Source of the DNA: Gammaproteobacteria bacterium
Lineage (GTDB): Bacteria; Pseudomonadota; Gammaproteobacteria; Steroidobacterales; Woeseiaceae
Reading direction: 5' to 3'
Length of the DNA stretch: 60,894 nucleotides
NCBI GenBank assembly: GCA_029881015.1
Contig: JAOUNK010000001.1
Location: 1 to 60,894 of the forward strand
Part shown: in pieces, positions 16,894-26,038 of the stretch
Layout of the letters: each line of letters begins with the position of its first letter
Numbering within the stretch: position 1 is the stretch's first letter
Made by a program: the position numbers and the translations under genes
The notes under the pieces: generated by a model
The model's database searches: none
Told to the model about the DNA's origin: nothing
The model's input: the letters and a program-made list of their open reading frames with translations, nothing else

Positions 16894-18573
16894 ATGGAGT
16901 TTCTCGACGCGCGCAGACTGACCGGGCCCAGCCTGCTCTTCGACGGCCCGGCCTGCATCCTCGACGTGGCGTGCACGCCGGAGGAGGCCGATGCGCTTGT
17001 TCCTGTCTGGGCGGAGAACGTCTCTCGAATGCTCGAGGCGCTTGACTGGCCATCCGCGGAGTTTGCCTTTCTGAAGCTAAAGGGCGGCGCCAGCCTGGCG
17101 TTCACTGCGCCGGTCGACCAACTATACGCCGGGTCCGGGATCAACGAGTGGGCCTGGGCCGCGAGTGCATTCGAGCTGGGCGTCAGCAGCGACGAGCCTG
17201 ATTTCGACGCGGCCTTGAAGGCGCTGCGGTCGTCGTCGGACGAAGAGGCCAATGTCGAACTGATGTGGCTTATCGATGAAGCCGCCGCGCACGGCAAAAC
17301 GCTGCTATGGGACGACGACTTTGTGTCGTTGGGGCTCGGCAAAGGCTCGCAGACCTGGAAAGTTCGCGAGATTCCCGATGTCCTGGAATGGGAGCGTTAT
17401 CACGATGTCCCGATCGGTGTGGTTACCGGAACCAATGGCAAGACAACGACCGTCCGGTTTGCGACACACATCCTGCGGCAGACCGGCAGGCACGTCGGCC
17501 TGAGTTCCACTGACTGGGTCTCTGTAAACGACCGCATTATCGATCGCGGCGACTGGTCCGGTCCCGGCGGGGCGCGCACGGTCCTGCGAGAACAGGATGT
17601 CGACGTTGCAATCCTGGAAACCGCGCGCGGTGGCTTGCTGCGCCGGGGTATGGGTGTGGACCGCGCCGACGCGGCACTGATTACGAATATCTCGGAAGAC
17701 CATCTTGGCGATTTCGGCTCGCGGAATCTCGATGAGCTGCTGGCCATCAAGTGGATTGTCAGCCGTGTGGTTCGGGCGCAGGGTCGCCTGATACTCAACG
17801 CCGAGGATCACCGGCTCGTCGCGAAGGCAAGAGACTACGTTGGTGACCTCGTGTGGTTCAGCCTCGATGCCGGGGATGCGGTCGTTCGCCGGCACGTTGA
17901 CGCGGGCGGTCTCGCGTTCGCGCTCGATGGCGAAGAACTGGTGAAGTTGGAGAACGGCGCGCGCGACGTGATCTGCCGCGGCGCCGACATTCCTCTCGCC
18001 CTCGGGGGAGCGGCGCGGCACAACGTGGCCAATGCATTGTCGGCCGCGGCACTGACCTGGTGCCTGGGCGCGACGCTCGAGGAGATCGCGTCGGGCCTCA
18101 CGACGATGAAGCAGGACAACAACCCCGGTCGCTGCAACATCTACGATCTCAACGGCATCAAGATCCTCATCGACTTCGCGCACAACCCGGCGGCTATGGC
18201 AGCCCTGTTCGACATGGCCAGCGCGATTCCTGCCAGTCGCCGTGCGCTGTGCTTCGGCCAGGCCGGTGATCGTCCCGACGACCTCATCCGCGAGCTTGCG
18301 CGGGACGCGTGGGAGATTGGTCTTGAGCGCATCGAGGTTTCGGAACTGGCGGATTATCACCGCGGGCGCGGGCACGGGGAAGTGTTCGGCATCATTCGCG
18401 ACGAGCTCCTCAAGCAAGGTGCCAGTGCTGCGCAAATCGTGCACCACGAGCTGGAACTGGAATCACTGCAGGACGCGATTGACTGGGCGCGACCCGGCGA
18501 CCTGATCATCATGCTTGCGTTGGGCGGCGCCGCGCCCGTGCAAGAGCGGCTCAGGGAACTGGGCGCTCGATAA
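16894..18573 (+). CDS. Cyanophycin synthetase-like protein lacking the ATP-grasp domain (cphA'-type; Mur-ligase-like half only)
   Basis: 559 aa, 9 nt after cphA. VVTGTNGKTTTVRFA, ETARGGLLRRG and ISEDHLGDFG are clearly paralogous to the C-terminal half of the upstream CphA. The N-terminal ~180 aa are different and no ATP-grasp motifs are seen. Confidence 0.75.
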   Translation: MEFLDARRLTGPSLLFDGPACILDVACTPEEADALVPVWAENVSRMLEALDWPSAEFAFLKLKGGASLAFTAPVDQLYAGSGINEWAWAASAFELGVSSDEPDFDAALKALRSSSDEEANVELMWLIDEAAAHGKTLLWDDDFVSLGLGKGSQTWKVREIPDVLEWERYHDVPIGVVTGTNGKTTTVRFATHILRQTGRHVGLSSTDWVSVNDRIIDRGDWSGPGGARTVLREQDVDVAILETARGGLLRRGMGVDRADAALITNISEDHLGDFGSRNLDELLAIKWIVSRVVRAQGRLILNAEDHRLVAKARDYVGDLVWFSLDAGDAVVRRHVDAGGLAFALDGEELVKLENGARDVICRGADIPLALGGAARHNVANALSAAALTWCLGATLEEIASGLTTMKQDNNPGRCNIYDLNGIKILIDFAHNPAAMAALFDMASAIPASRRALCFGQAGDRPDDLIRELARDAWEIGLERIEVSELADYHRGRGHGEVFGIIRDELLKQGASAAQIVHHELELESLQDAIDWARPGDLIIMLALGGAAPVQERLRELGAR

Positions 18574-19474
18574 ACCCGACGATCGCGTCGGCAATATGCT
18601 GTGTCTGGGCCGGGGACAGGATATCGCCCGCAAGAACGTGGTGGCTTGGATCGCCGGGGTCCCGGATCTCGATCACGTCTTTCATCGGCGAGCCCGTGGC
18701 GCTGACAACCTCGAGTGCGGCATCCGGCGAGATCACCTGGTCATCGCTCGAGTAGAACATCAGAAGACGCTGCGGAATATCGGCTGGCAGCACTCGATTG
18801 GCACGATCGACAAGGCGCATCATTTCGACGGTTGCCGCTGTCGGATAGCACGTCGACCAGAATTTCTCCTGCAACGCGTTATGCGCTTTCCAGCAGCGGG
18901 TGTCGCCAACGAGCATTCGGGCCAACAGCGGCCCGGCCGGCCGTGTCAGCCATTGTGCCTTGGGATCGCGGGGTGCGAAATTCGGGGAGATCATGACGAG
19001 CGTGTCGATACGGTTGGCGAATTCCTGGTCGAGCACTGCCGCCGCCAGCGTAGCGCCGGTACTGGTCCCGATCACGATGGTCTTATCGCCGATCGTCGCG
19101 GCCTCGGAAAGCACCCGCCGAGCATCGTCGAGCCAGTGCTCGGCGAGTACGCCGTCCATGGCGGCTTCGACCTGCCCGTGTCCGGTCAGTCGGGCTTCGA
19201 TCAGCGCGGCACCGAGCTGTCGCGCCACGGTCTCGGCGAGCGGTGCGGTCTCCTGCCGCGACGCCGAGAAGCCGTGCAGGGCCACGACGACCCAGGTCGG
19301 CTGCCGGGAATCGCCGTTCAGGATGATGCGCTCGTCCGCGCCGGCGATGAGGGCAGACGCCGGCAGTGCGGGCAGCTCCATACCGGGCGTGTAGTGCAGG
19401 CGGGCCGGCGTCGCGAGCCAGAGCAAGGCGACGAGCGCCGCCAGGGCAGCGAGTGAGAGCCAGGTCTTATTCAA
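18551..19474 (-). CDS. Alpha/beta hydrolase with N-terminal signal/anchor
   Basis: Hydrophobic N-terminus LSLAALAALVALLWLA and nucleophile elbow GTSTG. TTG start. Its 3' end overlaps the cphA' 3' end convergently by 23 nt. Confidence 0.75.
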   Translation of the reverse strand: MNKTWLSLAALAALVALLWLATPARLHYTPGMELPALPASALIAGADERIILNGDSRQPTWVVVALHGFSASRQETAPLAETVARQLGAALIEARLTGHGQVEAAMDGVLAEHWLDDARRVLSEAATIGDKTIVIGTSTGATLAAAVLDQEFANRIDTLVMISPNFAPRDPKAQWLTRPAGPLLARMLVGDTRCWKAHNALQEKFWSTCYPTAATVEMMRLVDRANRVLPADIPQRLLMFYSSDDQVISPDAALEVVSATGSPMKDVIEIRDPGDPSHHVLAGDILSPAQTQHIADAIVGFIERPVP

Positions 19475-19919
19475 GGCTCAGGATTTTTTTCCAGTGCTTC
19501 TTCTCGACCGGCATGATCGACAGGCGGTTGCCGCGACGGGTGAGAAGCATGCCTTCGAGGCTCTTCTGTGCCTTGATTTCGGTCAACGTGATATTGCGTT
19601 TGAGTTTGCGCACAAACTGGACATCGACCAGTATCCAGCGTGGTTCCTCCCGCGTGCTCTTCGGGTCGTAATACTTTGACGTCCTGTCGAACTGGCCCGG
19701 GTCGGGATACGGCTCGCTGGCGACTTTCATGATGCCTGCGATGCCCGGTTCCTTGCAGCTGGAGTGGTAAAAGAAGATCTCGTCACCGATGCGCATGTCG
19801 TCGCGCATCATGTTGCGTGCCTGGTAGTTGCGAATACCGTCCCACTTTTCGCGACGATCGCGCTCGAGGTCGTCGATGCTGTAGACGTCGGGTTCCGACT
19901 TCATCAACCAATATGCCAT
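19467..19919 (-). CDS. EVE (PUA-like) domain protein
   Basis: MAYWLMKSEPDVYSIDDL...WDGIRNYQARNMMRD...GDEIFFYHS, a typical EVE pattern. Confidence 0.85.
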   Translation of the reverse strand: MAYWLMKSEPDVYSIDDLERDRREKWDGIRNYQARNMMRDDMRIGDEIFFYHSSCKEPGIAGIMKVASEPYPDPGQFDRTSKYYDPKSTREEPRWILVDVQFVRKLKRNITLTEIKAQKSLEGMLLTRRGNRLSIMPVEKKHWKKILSLE

Positions 19920-20052
19920 GTCGTTATCTACGGATTGTCAAGGGCCTTGAAAGGCGCGAGTTTAGCACGCTCGTCAGGCGCGATTTGCGCCGATTCGCAT
20001 GGTAGGATTGCGCCTCGCGCATCCGCACGCGACCCTGGGAGGATAAGAACAA

Positions 20053-20724
20053 ATGGCAAATATACTGGCCAATATTTTCGGTACGTCGCCCGTCCGGCCG
20101 CTCGAGCAGCACATGGATATCGTCTATCGCTGTGCCAAGAAGCTACGGCCGTTTGTGAACGCCGTGATCAATCGCGACCTGAAGCGCATGGCCGAGGTGC
20201 GCGGTCAGATTGAGGCCCTGGAACACCAGGCCGACGACCTGAAAAAGAGCATTCGCATCAACATGCCGAAGAGCCTGTTCATGCCGGTACCGCGGGAGGA
20301 CCTGCTCGAGCTGCTGCTTGTGCAGGACAAGATCGCCAATCGCACCAAGGACGTGTCCGGCGTGATCATGGGGCGCAAGATGAAGATCCCGAAAGAGATT
20401 GCGCCGCAGTTTCTCGAGTTTGTCGAGAGCAACGTCGATGCCGCCAGGCAGGCGCGCAAGAGCGTGCGCGAACTGGACGAGTTGTTCACGGCCGGCTTCA
20501 AGGGCGCTGAGGTAACGCTCGTGTCGGAGCTCATCGAGGAACTGGACCAGATCGAGACGCATACGGACGAACAGCAAACGCTGATCCGGTCCGCGCTGTT
20601 CGAAATTGAAAAGACGCTGGACCCGATTGATGCCATCTTTCTTTACGAAGTCATCGAGCTGACCGGTGAAATCGCCGACATGGCGGAACGTGTCGGTCGC
20701 CGACTCGAACTGCTGCTCTCGTAA
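20053..20724 (+). CDS. DUF47/PhoU-like phosphate-transport accessory protein (TIGR00153 type)
   Basis: 223 aa, helical, immediately upstream of a PiT transporter. GGGAGGA Shine-Dalgarno. Confidence 0.85.
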   Translation: MANILANIFGTSPVRPLEQHMDIVYRCAKKLRPFVNAVINRDLKRMAEVRGQIEALEHQADDLKKSIRINMPKSLFMPVPREDLLELLLVQDKIANRTKDVSGVIMGRKMKIPKEIAPQFLEFVESNVDAARQARKSVRELDELFTAGFKGAEVTLVSELIEELDQIETHTDEQQTLIRSALFEIEKTLDPIDAIFLYEVIELTGEIADMAERVGRRLELLLS

Positions 20725-20776
20725 GACCAGGAAAAAATAAGAATTCGGGAATGCGCGCATGCCCGGAGGACCCCGA

Positions 20777-22036
20777 ATGGAATATCAGACTACCTACATC
20801 GTGCTCGCAGCCGCTTTTGGCCTGTTCATGGCCTGGGGGATCGGCGCCAATGATGTTGCCAACGCAATGGCGACCTCGGTCGGCTCCAAGGCGCTGACAA
20901 TCAGGCAGGCAATCATCGTTGCCGCCATCTTCGAATTCGCCGGGGCCGTGTTGGCCGGCGGTGAAGTCACCTCGACCATTCGCAAAGGCATCGTCGATGC
21001 CGACCAACTCATGGGCATCGACGACGGCGCAAAGATGCTGGTCTTTGGCATGTTGGCTGCGCTGCTTGCCGCGGGTACGTGGTTGCTGATTGCCTCGAGG
21101 AACGGCTGGCCTGTGTCGACGACGCATTCGATTGTTGGCGCCATCGTTGGTTTTGCGGCTGTCGGCATCGGCGTTGATGCCGTCCAGTGGGGTAAAGTCG
21201 GAACGATCGTCATGAGCTGGGTGGTGTCGCCGCTGACGGCCGGTTTTATCGCCTACCTGATCTACCGCAGCGTCCAGAAACTGATCCTGAGCCAGGACGA
21301 TCCCCTGGCGAAAGCGAAGCGCTACGTCCCGGTCTACATGTTCCTGGCCGCGTTCACGATTACGCTTGTGACCATCCTCAAGGGACTGAAACATGTCGGT
21401 CTCACCTTGAGCATTCAAGACAGCTATTTTCTCGCTATTGCGATTGCGGTCGCTATCGCTGTTATTGGTGCCGTCGCGATCGCCCGAATCAAACCGGACC
21501 CGAAGGCCGAGAAGAGCCAGCACTTCTACACCGTCGAACGGGTCTTCGGTGTGCTCATGGTGATCACGGCCTGTGGTATGGCGTTCGCGCATGGTTCGAA
21601 TGATGTTGCGAATGCTATCGGCCCGTTGGCGGCTGTCGTCAGCATCGCCAAGAACGGCGTTATCGGTGCCAAGTCGTCGCTCGATGCATGGGTCCTGATG
21701 CTGGGCGGCGCGGGTATCGTCGTTGGCCTGGCCACGTTCGGCCGTCACGTGATTGCGACGGTCGGCAAGAAGATTACCCAGCTCACGCCGAGCCGGGGAT
21801 TCGCCGCGGAACTGGCCGCCGCCACGACCATCGTGATCGCCTCGGGTACAGGAATCCCGATCTCGACCACGCATACGCTGGTCGGCGCCGTTCTGGGTGT
21901 CGGCATGGCCCGCGGTATCGAGGCGATCGACCTGCGTGTCGTCGCGAGGATCCTGGTCTCGTGGGTCATCACCATACCGGCGGGAGCGATTCTCGCGATC
22001 CTGTTCTTCTTCGTGTTCAAGATGGTACTGCCCTAG
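20777..22036 (+). CDS. Inorganic phosphate transporter, PiT family
   Basis: Duplicated GANDVANA motif (GIGANDVANAM; HGSNDVANAI). The start is taken at MEYQTTY (20777). Confidence 0.9.
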   Translation: MEYQTTYIVLAAAFGLFMAWGIGANDVANAMATSVGSKALTIRQAIIVAAIFEFAGAVLAGGEVTSTIRKGIVDADQLMGIDDGAKMLVFGMLAALLAAGTWLLIASRNGWPVSTTHSIVGAIVGFAAVGIGVDAVQWGKVGTIVMSWVVSPLTAGFIAYLIYRSVQKLILSQDDPLAKAKRYVPVYMFLAAFTITLVTILKGLKHVGLTLSIQDSYFLAIAIAVAIAVIGAVAIARIKPDPKAEKSQHFYTVERVFGVLMVITACGMAFAHGSNDVANAIGPLAAVVSIAKNGVIGAKSSLDAWVLMLGGAGIVVGLATFGRHVIATVGKKITQLTPSRGFAAELAAATTIVIASGTGIPISTTHTLVGAVLGVGMARGIEAIDLRVVARILVSWVITIPAGAILAILFFFVFKMVLP

Positions 22037-22046
22037 GGGACTCCTC

Positions 22047-23786
22047 ATGCGCTCACTGCTGGTCGCACTCATCGCGACGTTCATCTCGACCCAGGCAGCC
22101 GCCCAGCTCGCCGAGGCCCCGATCGTCCGGTACGACGCCCGGATACATCCGACGTTCGGGCCGGCCGGCATGGTGGCTTCCCAGAACTACCTGTCGTCGG
22201 CGGTTGGTGCGGAGATCCTTGAGGCGGGCGGGAACGCCGTCGATGCCGCGGTTGCGGTAGGTTTCTCGCTGGCAGTGACCCTGCCGAGGGCGGGCAATCT
22301 CGGTGGCGGCGGATTCATGCTGATTCACGACACGGCATCCGGCACGGACGTCGCGATCGACTACCGGGAAATGGCACCGATCGGTGCCACTCGCGACATG
22401 TATCTCGATGAAAACGGCGATGTCGATAACGAGCTCGCCAGGTTCTCGCACCTGTCCTCCGGCGTTCCCGGTACCGTGGCCGGGTTGTACAAGGCACACA
22501 GCGAGTTCGGCCGCCTGCCCTGGAAACGACTCCTGCAGCCCGCCATTCAGCAAGCGCGGGACGGCGTGACCATGACCTACGATCTCGCGGGCCTGTTGCG
22601 CGCACGCCGCGACCGGCTGTGCATGGACGAGGCAGCCTGCGGCTACTTCTACAAGGACGGCGGTGTTCCGTACGAGCCTGGCGAGCTCTGGGTGCAGGAA
22701 GACCTGGCGGCAACGCTCGAGCGTATTGCCGAAGACGGTCCTGCCGGGTTCTACGCGGGCGAGACGGCCCGGCTCATTGCCGCAGAGATGGCGCGGGGTG
22801 GCGGGCTGGTCGACGAGAAGTCGCTGGCAGCGTACCGGCCGGCCGTTCGCGAGCCGGTACGCGGTACCTACCGTGGCTACGAGATCATCACGATGCCACC
22901 GCCCAGCTCGGGTGGCGTCCATATCATCCAGATGCTCAACATCCTCGAGAACTTCCCGGTCGCCGAGTTGGGCGCCGGTAGTGCGGACAACGTGCACCTG
23001 CTGGCAGAATCGGCGAGGCTTGCCTACGCCGATCGATCCCTGTACCTCGGTGACCCGGACTTCGTCGAGGTGCCCGTAGGCTGGCTGACCAGCAAGGCGT
23101 ACGCGAAACAATTGGCGGACAAAATCGACATGAAGGTCGCGCGCAAGTCCGAGGACGTCGCGCCCGGCGCCGTACCGGTACCCGAGAGTCCCGACACGAC
23201 GCATTTCTCCGTCATCGACGATGAAGGCATCATCGTATCGAACACCTATACGCTGAACTTCTCCTACGGATCGGCCATCGCGGTTGACGGTGCCGGGTTC
23301 CTGCTCAACAACGAAATGGACGATTTTGCCGCCAAGACGGGCGTACCGAATGCCTACGGGCTGCTGGGAGGCGATGCCAACGCCATTGCCGCAGGCAAGC
23401 GGCCGCTGAGCTCGATGACGCCGACGATTGTCCTCAAGGATGGCGAAGCCTGGTTCGCAACGGGCAGTCCGGGTGGCAGCCGGATCATCACGACGGTGCT
23501 GCAGGTCGTGGTCAACGCCATTGATCACGGTATGAACCTGGCCGAAGCATCCGCCGCACCGCGCATGCATCACCAGTGGTACCCCGACGTGTTGCAGCTC
23601 GAGCCCGGTTTCAGTCCCGACACGGTCAAGCTGCTCGAGGAGCGCGGTCACGACGTGCGACGCTCGAACTACACGATGGGCAGCGTCCAGAGCGTGGGTT
23701 TCCGCGACGGCGTCTATCGGGGCGCTTCCGATACACGACGTCCCAATGCAGCGAGTTCCGCTCCGGCCGAAACGCGCGACCAGTGA
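22047..23786 (+). CDS. ggt: Gamma-glutamyltranspeptidase, secreted
   Basis: Signal peptide MRSLLVALIATFISTQAAAQ. GNAVDAAVA. Autoprocessing site PLSSMTPTIV. GSPGGSRIITT. The start is taken at the ATG at 22047. Confidence 0.93.
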   Translation: MRSLLVALIATFISTQAAAQLAEAPIVRYDARIHPTFGPAGMVASQNYLSSAVGAEILEAGGNAVDAAVAVGFSLAVTLPRAGNLGGGGFMLIHDTASGTDVAIDYREMAPIGATRDMYLDENGDVDNELARFSHLSSGVPGTVAGLYKAHSEFGRLPWKRLLQPAIQQARDGVTMTYDLAGLLRARRDRLCMDEAACGYFYKDGGVPYEPGELWVQEDLAATLERIAEDGPAGFYAGETARLIAAEMARGGGLVDEKSLAAYRPAVREPVRGTYRGYEIITMPPPSSGGVHIIQMLNILENFPVAELGAGSADNVHLLAESARLAYADRSLYLGDPDFVEVPVGWLTSKAYAKQLADKIDMKVARKSEDVAPGAVPVPESPDTTHFSVIDDEGIIVSNTYTLNFSYGSAIAVDGAGFLLNNEMDDFAAKTGVPNAYGLLGGDANAIAAGKRPLSSMTPTIVLKDGEAWFATGSPGGSRIITTVLQVVVNAIDHGMNLAEASAAPRMHHQWYPDVLQLEPGFSPDTVKLLEERGHDVRRSNYTMGSVQSVGFRDGVYRGASDTRRPNAASSAPAETRDQ

Positions 23787-25069
23787 CGCGCACTGCGCCG
23801 CACATTTCGCAAGGGGCGCGTCGCTATGCTCTGGCCATCCTGGCCATTGTCAACATGTTCAACTTCATCGATCGGCAGATTCTCGCTATCCTGCTGCCGT
23901 CGATTCGGGATGAATTCGGTGTATCGGATGCCTGGCTCGGCTTTCTCACCGGCACCGCATTCGCGATGTTCTACATCTTCCTGGGCATACCTGTCGCACG
24001 TTATGCGGACCGTCACAACCGCCGCAACCTGATCGCACTGGCCGTCGCCGTGTGGAGCGGCATGACCGCATTGTCGGGCATGGCCGCCAACTTCCTGCAA
24101 CTGGCGCTGGCTAGAATCGGCGTCGGTATCGGCGAGGCGGGCTGCAGTCCGCCCGCTCACTCGATGATTGCCGACCTGTATCCGCCGGAGAAACGCTCCA
24201 CCGCGATGGGCGTGTACACGATCGGGATATCCGCCGGCATCATGCTGGCCAATCTGCTGGGCGGATGGGTTGTGCAAAACATCGGTTGGCGCGAGGCGCT
24301 GCTCATCGTGGGTTTGCCCGGCCTCGTGCTTGCGGCGATCGTACGCTTCTCCGTCGTCGAACCCAGCCGCGGGCACTCGGAGGGCAGGGAGGCCGTCGCG
24401 CAGCAGCCGCCTTTTTTGAAGACCTTGCGTTTCCTCTGGCGCAGGCCGTCGTTCGCGCATATGACGATTGCGGCGGCGCTGTCGTCCTACGTCGGCTACT
24501 CGGTGATCAGTTTCCTGCCGAGCTTTCTGGTGCGGAGCTATGGCATGCCGGAGGGGCAGATCGGTCTTTACCTCGGACTGATCATAGGCATCGTTGGCGG
24601 TGCAGGCTTTTTCCTCGGCGGCTACATCGCCGACCACCTCGGCCAGTCTGGCCATCGGCGGGCCTTGTCGTTTATCGGCATCACGGTTCTGCTGACGGCA
24701 ATCCCTTACGCGGCTATGTTCCTGTCGGCAAGCTGGCAGGCGGCGTTGCTGTTGTTCCTGGTCCCTGCGGCAACGGCGAATGTCTATCTTGCGCCGGTGC
24801 TCTCGCAGGCGCAGGGACTGGTTTCGCTGCGCATGCGCGCCATGGCATCGGCGCTGGCGCTGCTGATTATCAATGTCATTGGCCTGGCACTTGGGCCTTT
24901 ACTCACGGGTCTTCTCAGTGACCTGCTCGAGGCTCGTTTCGCGGCAGAGTCGATGCGCTATTCGCTGTTGACTGTCACCAGCATCGGGCTGCCGTGGGCC
25001 GCCTACCATTATGTACGCGCCGGCCGCACGATCGATGCGGACCTTGCGCGGGCGACAAAGCACGATTGA
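23783..25069 (+). CDS. MFS transporter
   Basis: 12-TM pattern, with motif A-like ADRHNRRNL. The start is inferred at a GTG overlapping the ggt stop (GTGA). The upstream part of the track ORF lies inside ggt. Confidence 0.78.
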   Translation: MTRTAPHISQGARRYALAILAIVNMFNFIDRQILAILLPSIRDEFGVSDAWLGFLTGTAFAMFYIFLGIPVARYADRHNRRNLIALAVAVWSGMTALSGMAANFLQLALARIGVGIGEAGCSPPAHSMIADLYPPEKRSTAMGVYTIGISAGIMLANLLGGWVVQNIGWREALLIVGLPGLVLAAIVRFSVVEPSRGHSEGREAVAQQPPFLKTLRFLWRRPSFAHMTIAAALSSYVGYSVISFLPSFLVRSYGMPEGQIGLYLGLIIGIVGGAGFFLGGYIADHLGQSGHRRALSFIGITVLLTAIPYAAMFLSASWQAALLLFLVPAATANVYLAPVLSQAQGLVSLRMRAMASALALLIINVIGLALGPLLTGLLSDLLEARFAAESMRYSLLTVTSIGLPWAAYHYVRAGRTIDADLARATKHD

Positions 25070-25084
25070 GACGCTCAGGCCCCG

Positions 25085-25624
25085 TCACTTGCCAATGAGG
25101 CGTTTCCGGTACTCGGATTCATACTGCGTCTGCATCTTGTAGAACGGGCGTCGCGGATCGCCATTGAGTACGTCCACCAGTACGTTCAGATGGGTATGCC
25201 AGCCGGTGCTGACACTGAGAACGGTGTCCATTGTGTCCAGGCGACGATGCGTCAGCACCAGCTTCACCGTGTCGCCCTGCTCGGTGAGTTCATAGAGAAC
25301 GATCGAGGATTCGTCACCGAATTCCCAGGTGTGCTCAAGAACGTGCGGTGCTTCGCAACGCGTGACAACGCCGGTGAACGACATTTTTTCGGGCATGTCC
25401 CGATACTTGTCGGGCCGTGGAATATCCGCGTCACTGGAGAGAGAGACATTGTGAAAGTGCATGTCGACGTGGCCGTCGACAGCGGTCTCCACGTCGCCGC
25501 CACACAGCCATTTCGCGCGTTTTTCACTTTGCGTCAGGTAAGCCCAGACGCGCTCGACCGGTCCCGGTAACTCCCGCACAAACCGCACGGTATTCGCGTC
25601 TAGCAATTCACCGTATGCGTCCAT
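25085..25624 (-). CDS. SRPBCC/AHSA1-domain protein
   Basis: 179 aa (VERVWAYLTQSEKRAKW...). Shows the classic pairing with an upstream ArsR regulator. Confidence 0.8.
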   Translation of the reverse strand: MDAYGELLDANTVRFVRELPGPVERVWAYLTQSEKRAKWLCGGDVETAVDGHVDMHFHNVSLSSDADIPRPDKYRDMPEKMSFTGVVTRCEAPHVLEHTWEFGDESSIVLYELTEQGDTVKLVLTHRRLDTMDTVLSVSTGWHTHLNVLVDVLNGDPRRPFYKMQTQYESEYRKRLIGK

Positions 25625-25634
25625 CGCATCCTCC

Positions 25635-25946
25635 TTATTCGTCTTCTTCTATGAGCAGGCGCTCAAGCTTGTCGAGTCGCGGGGACCAGAACTCCCGCAC
25701 CCTGTTGAGCCAGGCTTCCACCTCTTTGAAACCCTCGGCACTGAGCCGGTAGATCCGCCGTTGGGCATCGGCTCTTGACGTGACCATCCCGGCATCGCGC
25801 AGCACCTTCAGGTGCTGCGAGACGGCGGGCCGACTCATCTCGAACCGGCTGGCGAGATCGCCGAACGAGGTTTCTCCGGCGGCCAGGGACTCGATGATCT
25901 GGCGGCGCGTGGGGTCGGCCAGGGCGGTAAAGGTATCCATGGCCAT
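25635..25946 (-). CDS. ArsR/SmtB-family transcriptional regulator
   Basis: ALADPTRRQIIESLAAGETSFGDLASRFEMSRPAVSQHLKVLRDAGMV. Confidence 0.88.
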   Translation of the reverse strand: MAMDTFTALADPTRRQIIESLAAGETSFGDLASRFEMSRPAVSQHLKVLRDAGMVTSRADAQRRIYRLSAEGFKEVEAWLNRVREFWSPRLDKLERLLIEEDE

Positions 25947-25959
25947 ATGATAAGTAAAT

Positions 25960-25987
25960 ACTTAATTAAGTCAAGACTTAATTAATT
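25960..25987. promoter_or_regulatory. Tandem AT-rich palindromes, candidate ArsR operator
   Basis: ACTTAATTAAGT (25960-25971) is a perfect 12-bp palindrome. ACTTAATTAATT (25976-25987) follows 16 bp later. The pair starts 14 nt upstream of the arsR ATG, in an otherwise GC-rich window. Confidence 0.4.
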
Positions 25988-26038
25988 TGGACAGAGGGGC
26001 GGGGGCGGGCCTGGCCTGCAACGCCGTATCGTGAGGTG

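Noticed and set aside
17305-18447. 380-aa minus-strand ORF. Similar shadow ORFs occur at 29121..29999, 29914..31161, 32370..33575, 3137..4162, 10090..11028 and 42949..43992.
   Set aside because: All lie antisense or out of frame to genes with recognisable motifs and have shadow-ORF composition.
19920-20052. Pho box upstream of the DUF47-PiT operon.
   Set aside because: No CTGTCAT-type direct repeats are visible in this spacer.
20651-23651. Long minus-strand ORFs 20651..22171 (506 aa) and 22053..23651 (532 aa).
   Set aside because: They are antisense to the PiT transporter (GANDVANA motifs) and ggt (SSMTPT processing site). Their Arg/Gly/Asp-rich composition is typical of shadow ORFs.
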